Source: an uncultured virus (IMG/VR IMGVR_UViG_3300031841_005832) (Duplodnaviria; Heunggongvirae; Uroviricota; Caudoviricetes). From it: 64,000 nt of DNA. Below are positions 28,420 to 38,387 of the stretch, in pieces. The DNA is taken from the IMG/VR virus record IMGVR_UViG_3300031841_005832; one strand, given 5' to 3'. Position numbers and translations under genes: made by a program. Every line of letters begins with the position of its first letter. Positions within the stretch are counted from its first letter, which is position 1. The notes below the pieces were generated by a model, which was given only the letters and a program-made list of their open reading frames with translations, had not been told where the DNA came from and made no database searches.

Positions 28420-29289
28420 CTAATATAGACTCAGATATCTTTCACCTCTGTCGCAGAGGGTAGTAACCACTATGCCTTCTGGATTTTCTTCTTGTATATA
28501 CTTCTCAGCAGCGAGAAGATTCGCACCTGAAGAAATCCCAACCAGAACACCCCTCTCTGCAGAAAACCTCTTGGCTCTATTAAGAGCATCCTGAGTTCTT
28601 ATTCTGCAGACTCCGTCGAGATCCTCTCTTTTGACTAGATAGTCTCCTCCGTCTCCGATTCCCTGGATTCCGTGAGAGTCAGAAGGTTCGTCAGGCACGA
28701 CAAGAAAACATTTAGAAGTCATCCCTTTTTCTATAAAAGCTTCCCTAACGCCCATAATAGTCCCTCCAGTTCCAGCGCCTGAAAAGAAAGCAGAAATAGT
28801 AGAAAAGGGAGCGACCTGAGAGATTATCTCTTGTCCAGTTGTTACTTTGTGACACTCTATGTTTAGCAGGTTTTCAAACTGCATCGGGGACCAGTGATTG
28901 TCTCTGGTCTCTACCATTTCATTTCTCATTGAGATAGCAGTTTTAAAATCGCTAGGCGGTGCATCGATTATCTCTGCTCCAAAAATCTCCATCATTTGTC
29001 GTCGCTCTTTTGACATATTCGAAGGCATTATTATCTTTACCTTGACGCCTAGACACGCTCCTATGGCACTCAGAGAAATACCTGTGTTTCCGCTAGAAGC
29101 CTCGACAAAAGTTGTGTCGAAGCCTATTTCTCCTTGAGTAAGTGCAGCTTTAACGATATACTGGATTGTCCTGTCTTTTATAGACCCAGTCGGATTTTCT
29201 GTCTCCATTTTTGCATAAAGACGATCTGTTATCTTAACAAGACGTGTATTTCCAATTTTGTCCCAAGGACACTGTAGATTCGGTTTCAA
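28420..29289 (-). CDS. cysK: Cysteine synthase family PLP enzyme
   Basis: NPTGSIKDR, SSGNTG, GAGTGGT, IQGIG, GISSGAN, DRGERYLS. Confidence 0.92.
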   Translation of the reverse strand: MKPNLQCPWDKIGNTRLVKITDRLYAKMETENPTGSIKDRTIQYIVKAALTQGEIGFDTTFVEASSGNTGISLSAIGACLGVKVKIIMPSNMSKERRQMMEIFGAEIIDAPPSDFKTAISMRNEMVETRDNHWSPMQFENLLNIECHKVTTGQEIISQVAPFSTISAFFSGAGTGGTIMGVREAFIEKGMTSKCFLVVPDEPSDSHGIQGIGDGGDYLVKREDLDGVCRIRTQDALNRAKRFSAERGVLVGISSGANLLAAEKYIQEENPEGIVVTTLCDRGERYLSLY

Positions 29290-29681
29290 CTTAATCCTAA
29301 GCCTCTTTTAATTCTTACTTGTTCTCCGATCGGAACGGGCTCTCCGTCGCCATCGATTCTTACAAAAGTCATTACAGTGTCGCACACAATCTTCTGCTGA
29401 CCGTTGTATGGGCTGTGTCTTCTTGCTTCTAGAGCAATTTTCACACTAGTTTTTCCGATCTCCAAAAGCTTTCCATAAACCTTGATGATCTGGTGTGGTC
29501 GTACAGGCAGTTTAAAGTGAACTGCCTCTACCTTGACTGTAACCATTTTTGGAGTATCACACATTTGACAAGCGTAAGCAGCTGCAGCTTCATCTAACCA
29601 AGCTAGCATCTGTCCTCCAAAAAGATTACCGTGAAAACCCACGTCCGATACTTTGCAAACGTGTGTTGTGATCAGTTCCAT
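29286..29681 (-). CDS. Acyl-CoA thioesterase (hotdog fold)
   Basis: HGNLFGGQMLAWLDEAA. Confidence 0.9.
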   Translation of the reverse strand: MELITTHVCKVSDVGFHGNLFGGQMLAWLDEAAAAYACQMCDTPKMVTVKVEAVHFKLPVRPHQIIKVYGKLLEIGKTSVKIALEARRHSPYNGQQKIVCDTVMTFVRIDGDGEPVPIGEQVRIKRGLGLS

Positions 29682-29751
29682 TTCGTTTCCTTTGCGCGGA
29701 GGTGCTGTCATTTTCTTCATGGTTCCTTTATAATAAAATTATAAGAAAAGT

Positions 29752-30261
29752 TTATCTTACAAACGGAACATAAGTAGGTGGGAGATCAGGAATTTCTTTT
29801 GGAATCATTCCACATTCTTTTGGTAGTTTGCTGCCTTTTTTCTGATTGCACTTTCGACACGCGATAACAACGTTGTTCCACGTGTGTTTTCCACCTTTTG
29901 ACTTCGGAATGACGTGGTCTATGGTGCAGTCCTTGATAGTAAGTTTCTTATCACAGTACTGACACTGGCCTTTGTCTCTTGCCCAGATTGTTTTCTTCGA
30001 AGGGCTAGCTCTTCGATTGATGTTTTTGATTCGGCCGGCAATAACACCTGTTAAGAACCTGACTATCGTAGGAAACTCTATTTTTCCTGTTCCGGTTCCG
30101 ATATAAAGAGTTTCATGAGTTTCGACTACTTCAGCACGGCCGCAAAAAACTGCAGTGATAGCTCGCTTCCAATTTGTCTTAAAAAGTGGTTCGTATCCAG
30201 TGCTTAGCACAAGAACTTGTTGAGAATTGAGTTCAGATAAACTAGATCCACTTTTTTTCAT
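29752..30261 (-). CDS. HNH endonuclease
   Basis: RD...CQYC...TIDHVIPKSKGG..TWNNVVIACRKCNQKK. Confidence 0.93.
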   Translation of the reverse strand: MKKSGSSLSELNSQQVLVLSTGYEPLFKTNWKRAITAVFCGRAEVVETHETLYIGTGTGKIEFPTIVRFLTGVIAGRIKNINRRASPSKKTIWARDKGQCQYCDKKLTIKDCTIDHVIPKSKGGKHTWNNVVIACRKCNQKKGSKLPKECGMIPKEIPDLPPTYVPFVR

Positions 30262-30282
30262 AAAACCTCTTTCTTTCAAGGC

Positions 30283-30615
30283 TTAGGACTCTTGCTTAGA
30301 CAGAAAACTTTTCACGAAAATTATTCTATTCTTAAGAAACCTTACGTTATTAAATAAACGATCGGCTCGATTAAATCCCATACGATCTCTTGCACGATCG
30401 ACTATTCTTTCTCTCTCTCTTTGAGTAAGACTTTTTTGTGAAGTTATTTCTGACATGTGCCTAACACAAAGCTTTTTTATCTTTCTAACCACCTTTCTTC
30501 TTTCAACGGTTCCCAAAGAGATTATGAACTTAGCGGCTTCGTGAGGATCTCCTGACAGGGGAGGGATATCTCTGTTCAGGCATTTTATGTCAAGAATCGT
30601 ATCTTTTATATTCAT
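30283..30615 (-). CDS. Hypothetical protein
   Basis: ORF only. Confidence 0.5.
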   Translation of the reverse strand: MNIKDTILDIKCLNRDIPPLSGDPHEAAKFIISLGTVERRKVVRKIKKLCVRHMSEITSQKSLTQRERERIVDRARDRMGFNRADRLFNNVRFLKNRIIFVKSFLSKQES

Positions 30616-30696
30616 TGAACATCCTTTTGAATTAGACAATTAATTTTATCTCTGACTACTATTATTTACATTAGAAACATTCCAATAGGAGAACTA

Positions 30697-31044
30697 GTGT
30701 ACTTGTCAATTTCAATCATTCTCCTTCTGTGTAGTCACGTAGCCATCTGGTTTTCCACAAACGCTCAACTAATAAAAGGATGGGAAGGTTCTCGATCTCT
30801 TTTTTTAAGCCTAGCTCTTTCAATACCCATAACGCTAATGGCTTATTACGCAACTCGATTTGGATACAAAGCACTTGAATCGCTATGGTCTGTTAGATTT
30901 TTAGCGTTTAGTCTTTCTTATCTTGTGTTCCCTGTGCTTACGTGGGTGTTTCTAAAGGAATCTCCATTCACGGCAAAGACAGTTATGTGTACAGTTCTTT
31001 CTTTTGCAATTGTTGCAATTCAGCTTTTTCTACCAGATACTTAA
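30697..31044 (+). CDS. Four-TM membrane protein (DMT/SMR-like size)
   Basis: Four hydrophobic helices; AGGAG upstream of GTG. Confidence 0.65.
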   Translation: MYLSISIILLLCSHVAIWFSTNAQLIKGWEGSRSLFLSLALSIPITLMAYYATRFGYKALESLWSVRFLAFSLSYLVFPVLTWVFLKESPFTAKTVMCTVLSFAIVAIQLFLPDT

Positions 31045-31076
31045 AATAGATCAACATACTCCAGGAGTCCGAGCAA

Positions 31077-31301
31077 ATGCTGCTAACAGAATCTCAAATT
31101 AGAAAAATTACAAGAAAAATTCTTAAAGAGCTTTTTACAAAAAAGAGCGGAATTGGACTTGGAAAGCTTTTTGGAAAAACAGATACTCCCATCAATCCAT
31201 TCGACTACAGCGACACTGGCGGATCAGAGGACGCTTACGATGATTACTACGGAGAAGGAGAAGAAAAGCTCGAAGAAGAGGAAGAAGAGGAAGAGACTTG
31301 A
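31077..31301 (+). CDS. Leader-motif protein with acidic tail
   Basis: MLLTESQIRKITRKILKE; ATACTTA at 31037-31043. Confidence 0.75.
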   Translation: MLLTESQIRKITRKILKELFTKKSGIGLGKLFGKTDTPINPFDYSDTGGSEDAYDDYYGEGEEKLEEEEEEEET

Positions 31302-31615
31302 GAATAAAAACCAGCGTATCGATGAATTATCTACTCTTTGGTATAATGCTTCTGAGTGTTCTCGACGCTGTGTTTACTCTTTCCTGGATTCGGTCGGGAA
31401 TAGCAACAGAGGCGAATCCAATACTTGACTATCTCCTGTCATGGGGTGAAGAATATTTTTTTGCAGGCAAAGTTTTCTTAACTTTTTCAGGGTGTGCTAT
31501 ATTGAAATTCTTGTCGGACAACCCTTTATCGAGGAAAGCCGCGATAAGTCTTACGGGATTTTATGGGTGTTTAACTCTATACCACGTTATCGGAGCCTAT
31601 CTTGCTGTCTTCTAA
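31298..31615 (+). CDS. DUF5658-like membrane protein
   Basis: LDAVFTL...EANP...F..K. Confidence 0.75.
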   Translation: MRIKTSVSMNYLLFGIMLLSVLDAVFTLSWIRSGIATEANPILDYLLSWGEEYFFAGKVFLTFSGCAILKFLSDNPLSRKAAISLTGFYGCLTLYHVIGAYLAVF

Positions 31616-31843
31616 GATAGCCTCTTTTTCTTTTTTTCTCTTTCTTTTTATTTGATATTCTCTAGAAAGAGCCGACCCTTTGGTTGGGTGGGTTTCATGC
31701 CAGACAAATTTCACGGGAAGTCTAGACCTTGTGTACTTTGAGCCCTTTCCAGAATTGTGGACCTTTTCTCTTTTTTCTAGATTGTTTGTTATACCGCAGT
31801 ACAGAGAGTCATCAGAACATCGGGCTAAATAAACATACCACAT
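31577..31843 (-). CDS. GIY-YIG nuclease (UPF0213-like)
   Basis: WYVY...CSDDSLYCGIT...HNSGKGSKYTRSRLPV. Confidence 0.92.
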   Translation of the reverse strand: MWYVYLARCSDDSLYCGITNNLEKREKVHNSGKGSKYTRSRLPVKFVWHETHPTKGSALSREYQIKRKRKKEKEAILEDSKIGSDNVV

Positions 31844-32043
31844 TAGTTTACGTGAAAGACGTCACCTAGCTTAAGACGAACTATTCGCCCTGTCTTTAAC
31901 TTAACCTCACAGTAAGGGGCAAGATCTAAGGTTCCCCCAACAAGCATGGTTGAATGTTTTTCGGTTCCGAGATTTACAACTTCTCCAATTACGTTTGCAT
32001 CCCAGAAAGCCTGAACTATGTCGCCTATTTTAATTTGTCTCAT
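31843..32043 (-). CDS. Small SH3/KOW-like protein
   Basis: IKIGDIV...GEVV. Confidence 0.55.
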   Translation of the reverse strand: MRQIKIGDIVQAFWDANVIGEVVNLGTEKHSTMLVGGTLDLAPYCEVKLKTGRIVRLKLGDVFHVN

Positions 32044-32087
32044 TTTTCACCTCGAAGAAGTATAGACTTGATATCTGAAAAGTTTAC

Positions 32088-32414
32088 CTAGGCGTAAGGT
32101 TTTGCTAGACCTTCTTGAAGAAGCCAGTCATTCATACAAGTGTCATCCAGCCAGACTTCGCCAAGCCATCGGCCAAACTTCCCTTTCTTGTCTTTTTGTG
32201 TTTTAATGACGACCCATTTGTTTGCGATCTTTTCTCGAAGAGCGTCTCGAGATTTTAAACCCTCTTCTCTTTCTTTTCCGCGAACTTCTGGTGTGTTGAT
32301 TCTGGAAAGTCTTATCTTCTGACCTTTTAGCAAAATATCAAAACCGAGGTCAAAATCAACTGTGATAGTATCTCCATCGTAGACTTTTCTTACAAACGCT
32401 CTATATTCGTACAT
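32088..32414 (-). CDS. Thermonuclease (SNase-like)
   Basis: VYDGDT, IRL..INTPE, GKFGRWL. Confidence 0.92.
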   Translation of the reverse strand: MYEYRAFVRKVYDGDTITVDFDLGFDILLKGQKIRLSRINTPEVRGKEREEGLKSRDALREKIANKWVVIKTQKDKKGKFGRWLGEVWLDDTCMNDWLLQEGLAKPYA

Positions 32415-32617
32415 CAATCAATCATTCCCATCGCTTTGAGAAACCTAGAGACATTATCTTTGTCAGACTTTTCCATGCCCTCTTGATCCAGCATAAGAAT
32501 AGAATCGTTTGCACGAGCCCACTTGTGATCAGATTCTAAAATAAATCTTCTTATGAATCTCCTCAGAGAGGACTCAGAAAGAACAAAACGATTCTTAGAG
32601 GTATTTTCGCCAGGCAT
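32414..32617 (-). CDS. Small protein with leader-like motif
   Basis: SESSLRRFIRRFILES. Confidence 0.55.
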   Translation of the reverse strand: MPGENTSKNRFVLSESSLRRFIRRFILESDHKWARANDSILMLDQEGMEKSDKDNVSRFLKAMGMID

Positions 32618-32969
32618 AAAGTCTTCTTTTCTCTAGGTACTCAGGATCTTCGTCGTTGTCATAAGCTTCAAGCTCGAAAGGGTTTTGTCTATAGGCTTGA
32701 GCACCATCTTTCTCCTTGAAGAGACCCTTGACATGAAACAAACCATAAAGAATCCAGTGAAAAACAAAGAGAAGCTCAAGCTGCTGGTGATAATGTATCG
32801 TCTCGTGACGAAGTGTTTTTTCAGGAAACTCTTCTTTACAAAATACCCACGGACCAAAAGATACAGCGAAGGGTTCTATCGGAGCAACATAACCAACAAG
32901 CTTAGGGATCTTGCTGTTTTCGAAAACCCAAGGTCTTTGTCTTGATATCAGTTTTCTAAGAAATTCCAT
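32595..32969 (-). CDS. HExxH zincin-like phage protein
   Basis: RHETIHYHQQLE...AY..NPFELEAY. Confidence 0.7.
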   Translation of the reverse strand: MEFLRKLISRQRPWVFENSKIPKLVGYVAPIEPFAVSFGPWVFCKEEFPEKTLRHETIHYHQQLELLFVFHWILYGLFHVKGLFKEKDGAQAYRQNPFELEAYDNDEDPEYLEKRRLYAWRKYL

Positions 32970-32978
32970 AGAGTTTAC

Positions 32979-33338
32979 CTACTTTTTGTTGTCCATCATT
33001 TTTTGAACTTTAGGAGCTAGAGAAATGGCCTTCTTCAAAAGACCTTGAGCTGCTTTAACATCATTGTCAGCGTAAGAAATAGCGTAAGCAAGAAGTGCAA
33101 AAGCCTGATGCTGAGGAGAGCCTTTATCGTCGAGCTGAGCGTCAAGAGCTGCGAACTTTTGAGGGGTTACGTTCGGATCCAAGAGTTTGACTAGATTTTT
33201 TGGAACTCCCTGGAGTTTTGTCGGATCAAAGTCTAGATCTATTTCTTGCTTTTCTTCAAGCTTGTCTGCCTGTTCTTTCAAAGCAACGAGCTGGTTCTTT
33301 ATAGATTCTCTCAAATCTTTTTCTTTAGTTATTTTCAT
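32979..33338 (-). CDS. Leader-motif protein
   Basis: MKITKEKDLRESIKNQLVALKE. Confidence 0.7.
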   Translation of the reverse strand: MKITKEKDLRESIKNQLVALKEQADKLEEKQEIDLDFDPTKLQGVPKNLVKLLDPNVTPQKFAALDAQLDDKGSPQHQAFALLAYAISYADNDVKAAQGLLKKAISLAPKVQKMMDNKK

Positions 33339-33348
33339 GTTGTATCCT

Positions 33349-33792
33349 TCAGGTAGATGCTATAAAGATCTCTAAGTCAACGCTCGCAGTATCAGCCCAG
33401 GCTTTTATCGAAGTTATGTTATCGAAAGTTACTGCATCGCTATCTTCTGCTGCACCTGCCTCTCCTGATGACAGCATAAAGCTGTCTCCAGCAGGTACTT
33501 TTACGTGGACATCAGTCCCGTCTGTTATCAAGGCAAGCCGAACAAAATTAGAATCGTCCAAATTGGTTATCCTCAAGTACTTGAGCGAACTTCTTATGAA
33601 AGTACCGGCGCCGGCGGTGGCTCCTAAGCTTAGAAGATCAGTCCCAGTTGTAAGAGTAGTTATAATTCTCTCAGAGACTTCGTTTATAGATCCAATCTCT
33701 CTTGTATTGGTACTGCCTCTTTTAGTTCCATTCAGAGTTATTTCTTCTATCACTCTGACTGTAAGCTTTGCGTTGGAAAGTGTTGTTGCCAT
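33349..33792 (-). CDS. Putative virion structural protein (beta-rich)
   Basis: Thr/Ser-rich, YLRITNLD; ATATTTA upstream. Confidence 0.55.
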   Translation of the reverse strand: MATTLSNAKLTVRVIEEITLNGTKRGSTNTREIGSINEVSERIITTLTTGTDLLSLGATAGAGTFIRSSLKYLRITNLDDSNFVRLALITDGTDVHVKVPAGDSFMLSSGEAGAAEDSDAVTFDNITSIKAWADTASVDLEIFIAST

Positions 33793-33835
33793 AAAATATT
33801 CTCATCCTCAAGATGTTACCTGAATAAATATGACA

Positions 33836-34876
33836 TCAAACTCGATTTATGTGTGTGCTGCTTTCTATCTGTCCACTTTGTGTTTGCTGTATGAATTCTG
33901 CCTTGGACTGAAACTCAGAAATGGAAGAAGAGCCTGAATATGACATCCCGCTTCTGAGACCTCTTTCTATTTCTTCAAGCACGTCTTTTACTTTTCCTCG
34001 GTGAGGTACAGTACTTGAAACTCCTTCGACGGAAGAAGTGTGGCCTCTCCAATCTACCTGAGCTTCAACAGAAGCCATTCCCCTATATACTTTGTGCATT
34101 GAATAAGTCAGTTTTCCGTTAACCATTTCTGGGACGTGAAGAAATTCTCCGGGTGTCTCTTCTGTGCCAGCAAGCTTAGAACCCAGCATGACGAAGTCGG
34201 CTCCGGCTGCAATCGCTTTTGTAACGTCTCCGCTAGTTCTAATTCCTCCGTCTGCTATTAATGAAGCATCTCTATCAGAAACAGAACAATCTATTATTGA
34301 CTGGAGAGTTGGGACTCCGTGACCTGTTTGAATTCTTGTACTGCATATGCTTCCTCCTCCAATGCCAACCCTGACGGCGTCGGCGCCCCAATCAGAGAGA
34401 TCGTTGAAACCTTCGAGAGTGGCCACGTTTCCTGCAATTATGTAAACTGTCTCATCGAAAGATGATCGAAGACACTTAAGGGCGTTCTTCATAAGAGAAT
34501 GATGGCCGTGTGCTATGTCAACACAGATGACGTTTGCACCTGCCATAACTGCAGATTTGGCTCTGTCAAGATAGTCTCCGGAGACTCCAACAGCTGCTCC
34601 TATGTTTTTACTGCCAGAAGCGTGAGCAATGTGAACCATCTTCGACTGTTCTGATATTGTATTGTACCTGTGTACTATCCCAAGGCCTTGAGAATTATCC
34701 ATGGCTACAAGCATCTCAGATTCAGTGACTGTATCCATTGGGCTTGATATTATTGGGAGCCCGATACTGAGATCTTTTATCTTAGAGGAAACATCGATTT
34801 GACGCCTAGAATCAATATCAGAATATTGGGGCTTCAAGAGAACGTCATCAAACGTTATGGTCTTTGTTATCTTCAT
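33836..34876 (-). CDS. guaB: IMP dehydrogenase/GMP reductase family (no CBS domains)
   Basis: [43 protein letters not shown]. Confidence 0.9.
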   Translation of the reverse strand: MKITKTITFDDVLLKPQYSDIDSRRQIDVSSKIKDLSIGLPIISSPMDTVTESEMLVAMDNSQGLGIVHRYNTISEQSKMVHIAHASGSKNIGAAVGVSGDYLDRAKSAVMAGANVICVDIAHGHHSLMKNALKCLRSSFDETVYIIAGNVATLEGFNDLSDWGADAVRVGIGGGSICSTRIQTGHGVPTLQSIIDCSVSDRDASLIADGGIRTSGDVTKAIAAGADFVMLGSKLAGTEETPGEFLHVPEMVNGKLTYSMHKVYRGMASVEAQVDWRGHTSSVEGVSSTVPHRGKVKDVLEEIERGLRSGMSYSGSSSISEFQSKAEFIQQTQSGQIESSTHINRV

Positions 34877-34880
34877 TTTT

Positions 34881-35313
34881 TTACCTCACTCTCTCTAGAG
34901 TAGAAATTGGAACTTTTTTGTATACTTGATTCATGAATAAAAGATCAACAACAAGAACTTCGGATGAAAGAAGCGTTCTGTTCAAGAGATTTCCGTCGAT
35001 ATCTTCTAAGCTATTTAAATCTTTTGTGGTAAAAACAGTACAATAAGTTTCCGTTATGACAAGCCCAGTTGCATCACTAAGTCCCATAACTTTTACGAGA
35101 TCACCTTTTTTGATCGCCACTCTGCACCTCGTAACAGATAAGATACTTTTTCCCGGGCTCTAGCTTTGAATCTTGATGAACGGGTCTGTAGCCTAAGCTT
35201 TGTGGGTCCCATGTTAGGACCTTGTCAGGCTTTCCGGTCAAGCTGGAAATAGAACCTACAGTCTTTCCTATCAAATAGCCACAGAAAAATCCGACAAAGA
35301 TCTCAAACACCAT
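34881..35313 (-). CDS. Two small genes (34881-35120 SH3-like; 35101-35313 membrane-anchored)
   Basis: KKGDLVKV; N-terminal TM. Confidence 0.55.
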
Positions 35314-35890
35314 ACAAATTTCTCACAGTTGTTTCTAACCCAGGGTTAACTTTCTTAGCTAACGGGACAATCTCTTTTCTGACAAGATTTCTAGCGTAAC
35401 GAGTGGTTGAATTTGAAGGATCTTCGATGTGATCAAACTTATCGAATCGATGCAAGTCACCTTTTTTCGATAAGAGAAAGGGCCTGATTACGTTTGATTC
35501 TGGATTCTCGATCGGCATAAGATTCGGATTTCCTCTAAAAGAGCTGAACAGCCACCATTCAGTTGCATCCGAAAGATGATGTGCAAGAACGACAGGGTCG
35601 GCAAACTTTCCAAAGAAGTCGTAACGCTCTCGATGCCAATATGATTCTAAAGACTCTTTCTTCTTTCTTTTAGAGTGAGGCATGCTAATGTAATAAGTCA
35701 GTCCTAGTCTCTCAGCAGTGCTTATAACAAAGTCTTCTGCTTCTTTTCCGTGTGCAGTCTCGTGATTGAAGTAGGCGATTTCTACGCTTCTTCTGCCTCT
35801 CAAGAGAAACTCAAGGGCTGACATAGAATCTCGCCCTCCTGAACACGCAAGAACTACTCTTTCCGGGATTTTACAAGCAAGTCTTATCAT
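35303..35890 (-). CDS. tilS: tRNA(Ile)-lysidine synthetase, PP-loop domain only
   Basis: SGGRDSM, RY.FF, LAHHLSD..E, IRPFL, EDPSN...YARN; start reassigned to MIRLAC. Confidence 0.88.
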   Translation of the reverse strand: MIRLACKIPERVVLACSGGRDSMSALEFLLRGRRSVEIAYFNHETAHGKEAEDFVISTAERLGLTYYISMPHSKRKKKESLESYWHRERYDFFGKFADPVVLAHHLSDATEWWLFSSFRGNPNLMPIENPESNVIRPFLLSKKGDLHRFDKFDHIEDPSNSTTRYARNLVRKEIVPLAKKVNPGLETTVRNLYGV

Positions 35891-36711
35891 CGTTTTAAGA
35901 TATCCTCTACATTGACGTCCCGAACTTCTCCATCGATTAGACACTCATACTGGACCTTTCCTCGCTTGGAAACTTTTGGTTCTCCGATAATCATACAAAG
36001 TTTCTTCCCCTCGGAAAAAGAGCGTCTGTAGCGCATGTCGCCCGGCGTGTGCCTTGGGTTCAACATTTCTTTTAGGACGCCCTTGCAGGAAGCAGCTGCT
36101 TTTTCCACAAGCCACTTTGACATCTCAGGTTCAGGCCCCATCTCAAGTCCATCAGCCTTTGCTCGTTGCCAGCTAAGCCAGTCAGAAACCTTGGCAATTG
36201 CCTTTACCTGCCCTTGACGATGTGACCAGTACCAACTGTCTTTTCCTCTTGCAGCAGCCTCAGCAATTACAAGAATCTTTACATCCTCGTCAGATGGGAC
36301 GAACTTTCCATTGACTCGAATATCCTCAGCTTTCTCCAAAAGAATGTTCATAAAGTTTGTTTGACGTTCTGAGAGATCGTATCCTTTGGCAAGTTTCCAT
36401 CGAAAAGACTGGAGTGCTTCTCGATGAGCTCCCATCCCTTCGAGCTCAATTGCTGCGTCAATCGCAGCAACTTTTTCAGGGTTTTTAGGCTCAGGAATCG
36501 TAGGAGACCCCTGTTCGATCAAGGAGTCTAGATATCTCTTCTGCCCTGATGTTATATCTCTTCGGGAAAGTCGAGCAATCATGTCGCAGATAAACCGGTA
36601 ACTTTTACTGTAAGTGTGTCCGGCTTGCTCATAAAGAGATTTCAATTCTTGAGCCTGAGATAGTCGAAGATCTTTAGACTTACGAGTGATTTTAGTTTTT
36701 TGATTTTGCAT
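35887..36711 (-). CDS. Hypothetical early protein
   Basis: Strong SD and promoter; SH3-like C-terminus. Confidence 0.7.
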   Translation of the reverse strand: MQNQKTKITRKSKDLRLSQAQELKSLYEQAGHTYSKSYRFICDMIARLSRRDITSGQKRYLDSLIEQGSPTIPEPKNPEKVAAIDAAIELEGMGAHREALQSFRWKLAKGYDLSERQTNFMNILLEKAEDIRVNGKFVPSDEDVKILVIAEAAARGKDSWYWSHRQGQVKAIAKVSDWLSWQRAKADGLEMGPEPEMSKWLVEKAAASCKGVLKEMLNPRHTPGDMRYRRSFSEGKKLCMIIGEPKVSKRGKVQYECLIDGEVRDVNVEDILKR

Positions 36712-36734
36712 AATCGCCTCCTTGCCACTTTCTT

Positions 36735-36763
36735 ATTATACTACAATTTGACGTTATTTGCAC
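36735..36763 (-). promoter_or_regulatory. Promoter GTGCAA-N17-TATAAT
   Basis: Exact match. Confidence 0.8.
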
Positions 36764-36768
36764 AAATT

Positions 36769-37399
36769 TTATTCTAAGTCAAGAGAAAGTTGATCGGGAT
36801 TTTGATTCGATGTAGAGTAATCTCTGACAACTTGAATCGCGTGATCAAAGTCTTCTGCAAGCCCGTTAGCTACGAAATAGTTTAAGAATCTGCTAATAAG
36901 CTCTCCCTGTGATCTTACTGCTGAACTTAACTCGATAGTCCTTCCTATTTCTTCACTGAGTTCACTTTCTAGTCGCTTTATTTTTGATGATACTTTTTCT
37001 GGCATCTTTACCTCCACAAAAAAGTCTATCTCAAGAAGGAAGCTTTTACAACTTCGTGATGCACAAAATTAAACCTACTAAGCAGATCACAGAAAGAGCA
37101 AAGGAAGAAAGGACAAGAGATCTCATTCCAGAGAAGTCTTTCTCAAGTCCTTCGTTTGTCTTTAGAATTCCCAGGACTTTGTCAGAGAGCTCGTCGAGAG
37201 CTTCCTCCCTGTTTCCATCAGATGTCTCGATTTGTGACTGGAGAGACTGAACGTCCGCTTCACACTTAGATATTCTTTCTCTAGCAACGTCAAGCTGCTG
37301 CTGAGTCACTACATTGGAAAGCTGAGTCGTTGCAGTTTCTAGAGAGTCGGCAACCTTTCCTAGTTTTCCAATCACTTCGTCTGAATTACTTTCTGACAT
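36769..37399 (-). CDS. Two coiled-coil hypothetical genes (36769-~37005; 37046-37399 with C-terminal TM)
   Basis: ORFs with SD sequences. Confidence 0.55.
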
Positions 37400-37407
37400 T
37401 TTTTCTC

Positions 37408-38322
37408 CTAGCAAAAGTCTTTCAAATACTTGAAAAGAGCTTTTTCTTTGGCTTTTGCCTCAAGTGCTACATCAACTTCGTAACCTAGGTCTTTGAAAGG
37501 CTTGTAATAGTAGTTGCTGTGCGCTGCGTAAGTATTGACTGAATCGTCTTCGTAAAGCTTTTTGCTGTTTGAGTGGTGGCACATAGGACGAATTCCTTTA
37601 GGCCACGATTCTACTGCCATAGCAAGAGACTCATCGTAAGAAGCATCTTCTGGCCCACACTCGAAATGGTGAGAGTCAAAAACAATGGGCACCTGTAGTC
37701 TTTCATAAATTGAATCGTAAAGCATCTTTGCGGAATAAAGATTCTTGCGATCATCATTCTCTACAGTGAGCCGACACTTTACATTGTCAGGAAGAAGTTC
37801 AAAGTTTTTGCACCAACGATCTAGGGCTGAGTCTCGATCTCCATAAGCGCCGCCAATGTGAATATTGATCTTTGCCCAGTGGTTTCGAGGCTGGAGAAAC
37901 ATATCCATCATATCGCCGTGAATCTTTAAATCCTTGATGCAGTTTAAGACAGCCTGCGGATTTTTTGAAGTTAGACAATTAAACGGGCCTGGGTGGAAAG
38001 ATAATCGAAGGTCTGCGTCGAGAGCCTTTTGGCCGGTTCTGGCCATGACTTTTTTGATCTCTAGAATATCAGGAAGATCATCCCACCGATATTCAGATGC
38101 CCAAGGAAAGAGGACGGAGGTCATCCTAAAGACCTTTAGTCCCTTTTCAATATTCCAATCAATGATTCGCTCAAGGCCCTTTACATTCTTGAGAGAAAGC
38201 TCAGATGCATAGTCTATTCCTTTCTTTTCGAAAGTTGCTTTTCGCATCGTCTTGTTACACGTAACTCCTTCCGTTTCTTGCAGTTCTAGATTAATACAAC
38301 AATAACCGAATCGTGCAGCCAT
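37408..38322 (-). CDS. uvsE: UV-damage endonuclease
   Basis: GYCCIN, RLSFHPG.F, INIHIGG, LTVENDD, FDSHH, AHS, EAKAKE. Confidence 0.95.
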   Translation of the reverse strand: MAARFGYCCINLELQETEGVTCNKTMRKATFEKKGIDYASELSLKNVKGLERIIDWNIEKGLKVFRMTSVLFPWASEYRWDDLPDILEIKKVMARTGQKALDADLRLSFHPGPFNCLTSKNPQAVLNCIKDLKIHGDMMDMFLQPRNHWAKINIHIGGAYGDRDSALDRWCKNFELLPDNVKCRLTVENDDRKNLYSAKMLYDSIYERLQVPIVFDSHHFECGPEDASYDESLAMAVESWPKGIRPMCHHSNSKKLYEDDSVNTYAAHSNYYYKPFKDLGYEVDVALEAKAKEKALFKYLKDFC

Positions 38323-38342
38323 ACAGCACCTCCTTTTTTATT

Positions 38343-38371
38343 ATTATACCATGTTACAAACAGACTTGCAC
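38343..38371 (-). promoter_or_regulatory. Promoter GTGCAA-N17-TATAAT, back-to-back with a plus-strand ATAATTA at 38376-38382
   Basis: Exact match upstream of uvsE in a divergent intergenic region. Confidence 0.8.
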
Positions 38372-38387
38372 AATAATAATTAGAGAT

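Noticed and set aside
29752..31843. HNH and GIY-YIG genes as intron or mobile homing elements
   Set aside because: Both are free-standing, with no interrupted host gene or intron structure seen
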